Below are positions 61,101-64,000 of a stretch of DNA of 64,000 nt, piece after piece. How positions within the stretch are numbered: position 1 is the first letter of the stretch; the number at the start of each line of letters is the position of its first letter. The stretch covers positions 448,001-512,000 of the forward strand of contig OZ243037.1 of assembly GCA_965212015.1 (NCBI GenBank). Reading direction: 5' to 3'. The notes under the pieces are model-generated. The model was given only the letters and a program-made list of their open reading frames with translations, searched no databases and was not told where the DNA came from. A program made the position numbers and the translations under genes. Origin of the DNA: Cenarchaeum sp. Lineage in GTDB: Archaea; Thermoproteota; Nitrososphaeria; Nitrososphaerales; Nitrosopumilaceae.

Positions 61101-64000
61101 GTGGAGACCCTTGTGGGATTGGATGATGTGGTCGTAAAGGAGATTATCGTCGGCGATGTGTCGTCTGCCTCGTTGGAGATTGCACGTGTAAAGCCGGCAA
61201 GCGGGTTTTCCGCCGGATCCGTGACGGTGCCGTCCGATTCCACATAGGTTACTGTCAGAGAGCCGCCGTCCGGTATGGAATCGCTCAGGTTCAGAGTTAT
61301 GGTATTATCCGATACTACAATCGTATTGACCGTTAGTGCGGGCGTTATACCAGAGAGGACAAATTCGGATGCGACACCGCCGGTCACGGGCTCGGATGTC
61401 TCCAGTACGATGGTGTTGCTGTCCGGTATGGAATCGCCAGTCACCGCCGGCGCCACAGTGTCGATTGTAAATACGACGACATTTGACGTCGTGCTGAGGT
61501 TTTGGTCATCATCAATTGCGGCGCCCTGGGCCAGGAACACGGTTATCTCGCCGTCCGAATCTACACGCTCCACATCAAAGTTATAGTGGGTGGTATTTAC
61601 CGGTGCAAAGCTGCCCGGAACGACTCTGGCCGGTCCATTCACGGTAATCTCGTCCTCGGCAAGGCCGGTTACGGACTCGTCAAACCGTACAGTAAACGGC
61701 AGCGATAATTGGTTGGTCAGCGATATGTCGCCGTTTGATACCGTGGGTGTCGGCGGCGTGGTGTCAAGGTCGTTTGTAACTGTAACGCCGGAGAAATCCG
61801 CAAGAATGTTTGTCGCAGTGTCGTTTATGCTTCCGGTGGTTCTGGTGTATGATAGCTCTAGGACGTCATCATCTTCTATGTCGATTTCGAATGCAAGGTC
61901 GATTGTATTGTCACCAAAGGTTGCGGACAGGGGATCCGGATCCGTGGCAATGCCAGATACCCTAAAGTTAAACGGAACAGATTCACTGTCGACTATACCC
62001 TCGGACATTACAAGGCGGACCGTTCTTGCGTCCAGTACGGATGCACTATCCACCTCCGGCGGTATCCTGTCGACTATATGTGCAAGCTGGCCTCGGGCGG
62101 TCACGTATCCTGCGTCATCGGTTGCAGCTCCCGCCTCCACGGATACGGTTACGGTCCCCGTGCCTATACCGTGGGTTACATCAAAGGTATAGGCGGTGGA
62201 ATTTACCCTGACAAAGCCTGCCGGGTCGTTTTCAGAGCCTGTCACGGCAATATCACCCTCATCAAAGCCGTTGACGGACTCGCTAAAGCGCACCGTGTAG
62301 GTTATCTCGGCAGAGTTTGTCGGAGATTCTACGTCCGCAGTTATCTCCAGGGTCGGGGGCACCGTGTCTACGATAATCGAAAACACCTCGGATGCCGTGT
62401 TTTCGTTTCCGGCATGGTCAGTTGCAGCACCGGCCGGTATCTGTACGGTCAGTTCCCCGTCTGTGTCGGCCACTAGGTTAAACCTGTAGGAATCATCATT
62501 ATTGTCGTCAAAGTTTGCAACGCTTGCGGATCCGGACACTTTGATTCCCGTGGCATTAAAGCCGGTTACGGATTCGTCAAAGGTGACGGTAAACGGTATG
62601 TTTCTAAACTGCGTGATGCCTGATTCGTCGCTGGATATGGTCGGTACGGGCGCCGTGTTGTCTATATCGTTGGTGACCGGCTCATCCTCAAAGTCTGCAA
62701 GTCGGTTTGTCGCCAGATCCTCGATGGCACCGGATGATGCCGCATAGCTTACTGTAGGAGAATCACCGTCGGTTACGGCGTTGTTCAGGTTCAGGGTTAT
62801 TGTACTGCCAGATACTGCAATCGAGGCGACTGACGGGCCTGATGACACGCCGGAGATGGCAAAGTCGTCGGCGGCCGCGGATCTGTCAAAGACGGGCTCG
62901 GACATGTCAAGTGTGATAATGTTGCTGCCAGGTACCGAACCGCCCGTCACCGTCGGCGGTGTGGTGTCGATCGTGAATCGAACCTGGTTTGATGCGACGC
63001 TGGGGTTTCCTTGGCCGTCGCGCGCGGCACCGGCAAGTATGGACACGGTTACCTCCCCGTCTTCGGCGGCCTGGATGTTAAAGTTGTAGACGGTGGCGTT
63101 TGCCGGGACAAAGGTATGCTCCTGGACGCCTGCGGATTCGGACACTTTGATTCCCGTGGCATTAAAGCCGGTTACGGGCTCGTCAAACCGTACGGTAAAC
63201 GGTATAATTTCACGGTTGGTCAGATCTATGTTGCCGTTCGATACAGTCGGTACGGGCGCCGTGTTGTCTATATCGTTGGTGACCGGCTCATCCTCAAAGT
63301 CTGCAAGCGGGTTTGTCGCTGTATCGTTTATGCTTCCAAATCGTGCAACATACGTGACTGTCAGGGAATCCGTCTCTACTATGTTGCGGTTGACTGTAAT
63401 GTCTATCATACTGCCAGAGACCTCTACCGATTCTACCTGGCCGCCGGTGCTTATGCCAAATACGGTAAAGTCAAACGAAAGATCGCCGTCATCAATTACC
63501 GGCTCTGACATTACAAGGCGGATTGTAGTGGCGTCAAGTACCGAGGCCGTATCCACCACCGGCGGTATGGTGTCGATTGTGACAGTGACGGGATCGGATG
63601 CCTCGCTGGGATTTCCCGCATCGTCGCGCGCGGCACCTGCCAGTATGGATGCTGTGACTGTCCCGTCCGTGTCGCCGCGGTTTACATCAAAGGTATAGCT
63701 TGCGCCGTCGCCTTCCGGTATAGTCGCCGTGGCGCCCGATGTGCCCGTAACGCTGATGCCGGATATGTCAAAGCCGGTTACTGACTCGCTGAATTCGACG
63801 GTATACGTGACGGTTTGAGAGTTTGTAAAGTTGGATGATGTGGTCTCAAAGGAGATTATTCTCGGTGGCGTGTTGTCTATATCGTTGGTGACCGGCTCAT
63901 CCTCAAAGTCTGCAAGCGGGTTTGTCGCCATATCGTTTATGCTTCCAAATTGTGCGGCATACGTGACTGTCAGGGAATCCGTCTCTACCATGTTGCGGTT
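49181..64000 (-). CDS. Giant repetitive cell-surface protein/adhesin (Ig-like, SwmB-like and cadherin-like repeats); 5' end beyond the window; one in-frame TAA at 57707-57709
   Basis: ORFs 57707-63991 and 49181-57424 share one frame and the same repeat families; acidic and T/S/D/V-rich; VND(A/P/V)P cadherin-like linkers; unique C-terminal domain. Confidence 0.9.
50800..54790 (-). repeat. Seven ~570-bp tandem units (14 cadherin-like domains)
   Basis: GGTCTATCGTAAAGGCCTCAAAG at 51301, 51871, 52441, 53011, 53581, 54151, 54718. Confidence 0.95.

Noticed and set aside
50000-63700. Many repeated plus-strand ORFs of 60-290 aa
   Set aside because: Antisense shadows of the repetitive surface-protein gene
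1-64000. tRNA, rRNA or riboswitch (including upstream of cbtB)
   Set aside because: No recognisable structured-RNA signature by eye; a covariance-model scan would be needed to exclude them

Overview
Archaeal window, almost certainly from an ammonia-oxidising thaumarchaeon of the family Nitrosopumilaceae. This is inferred from aRF1, the thaumarchaeal conserved hypotheticals, cbtBA, phnDCE and the trpEGDCBA order; host association is plausible but not provable here. A GC-richer core (ABC permeases, SNF2 helicase, phn transporter, cbtBA, DsbA, aRF1, ilvD, trp operon) is interrupted by AT-rich accessory inserts: a DUF4143-type ATPase, a Doc/Fic toxin with an unannotated antitoxin, a HEPN pair, a ~7 kb island with palindrome arrays and small peptide genes, AbiEi/AbiEii behind a triplicated promoter, and IS remnants. 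The standout is a 5.3 kb element (42181-47486) bounded by perfect 32-bp IS6-type terminal inverted repeats. It carries a dead transposase and a complete type III restriction-modification locus whose mod gene is currently out of frame because of a (GAGTCTCCAA)5 tract in its 5' coding region. This makes it a candidate mobile, phase-variable methyltransferase (phasevarion-like switch) in an archaeon. The last 15 kb encode one giant repetitive surface protein (>4900 codons, open at the window edge) split by a single in-frame stop. Domain names come from motif recognition and were not database-verified.
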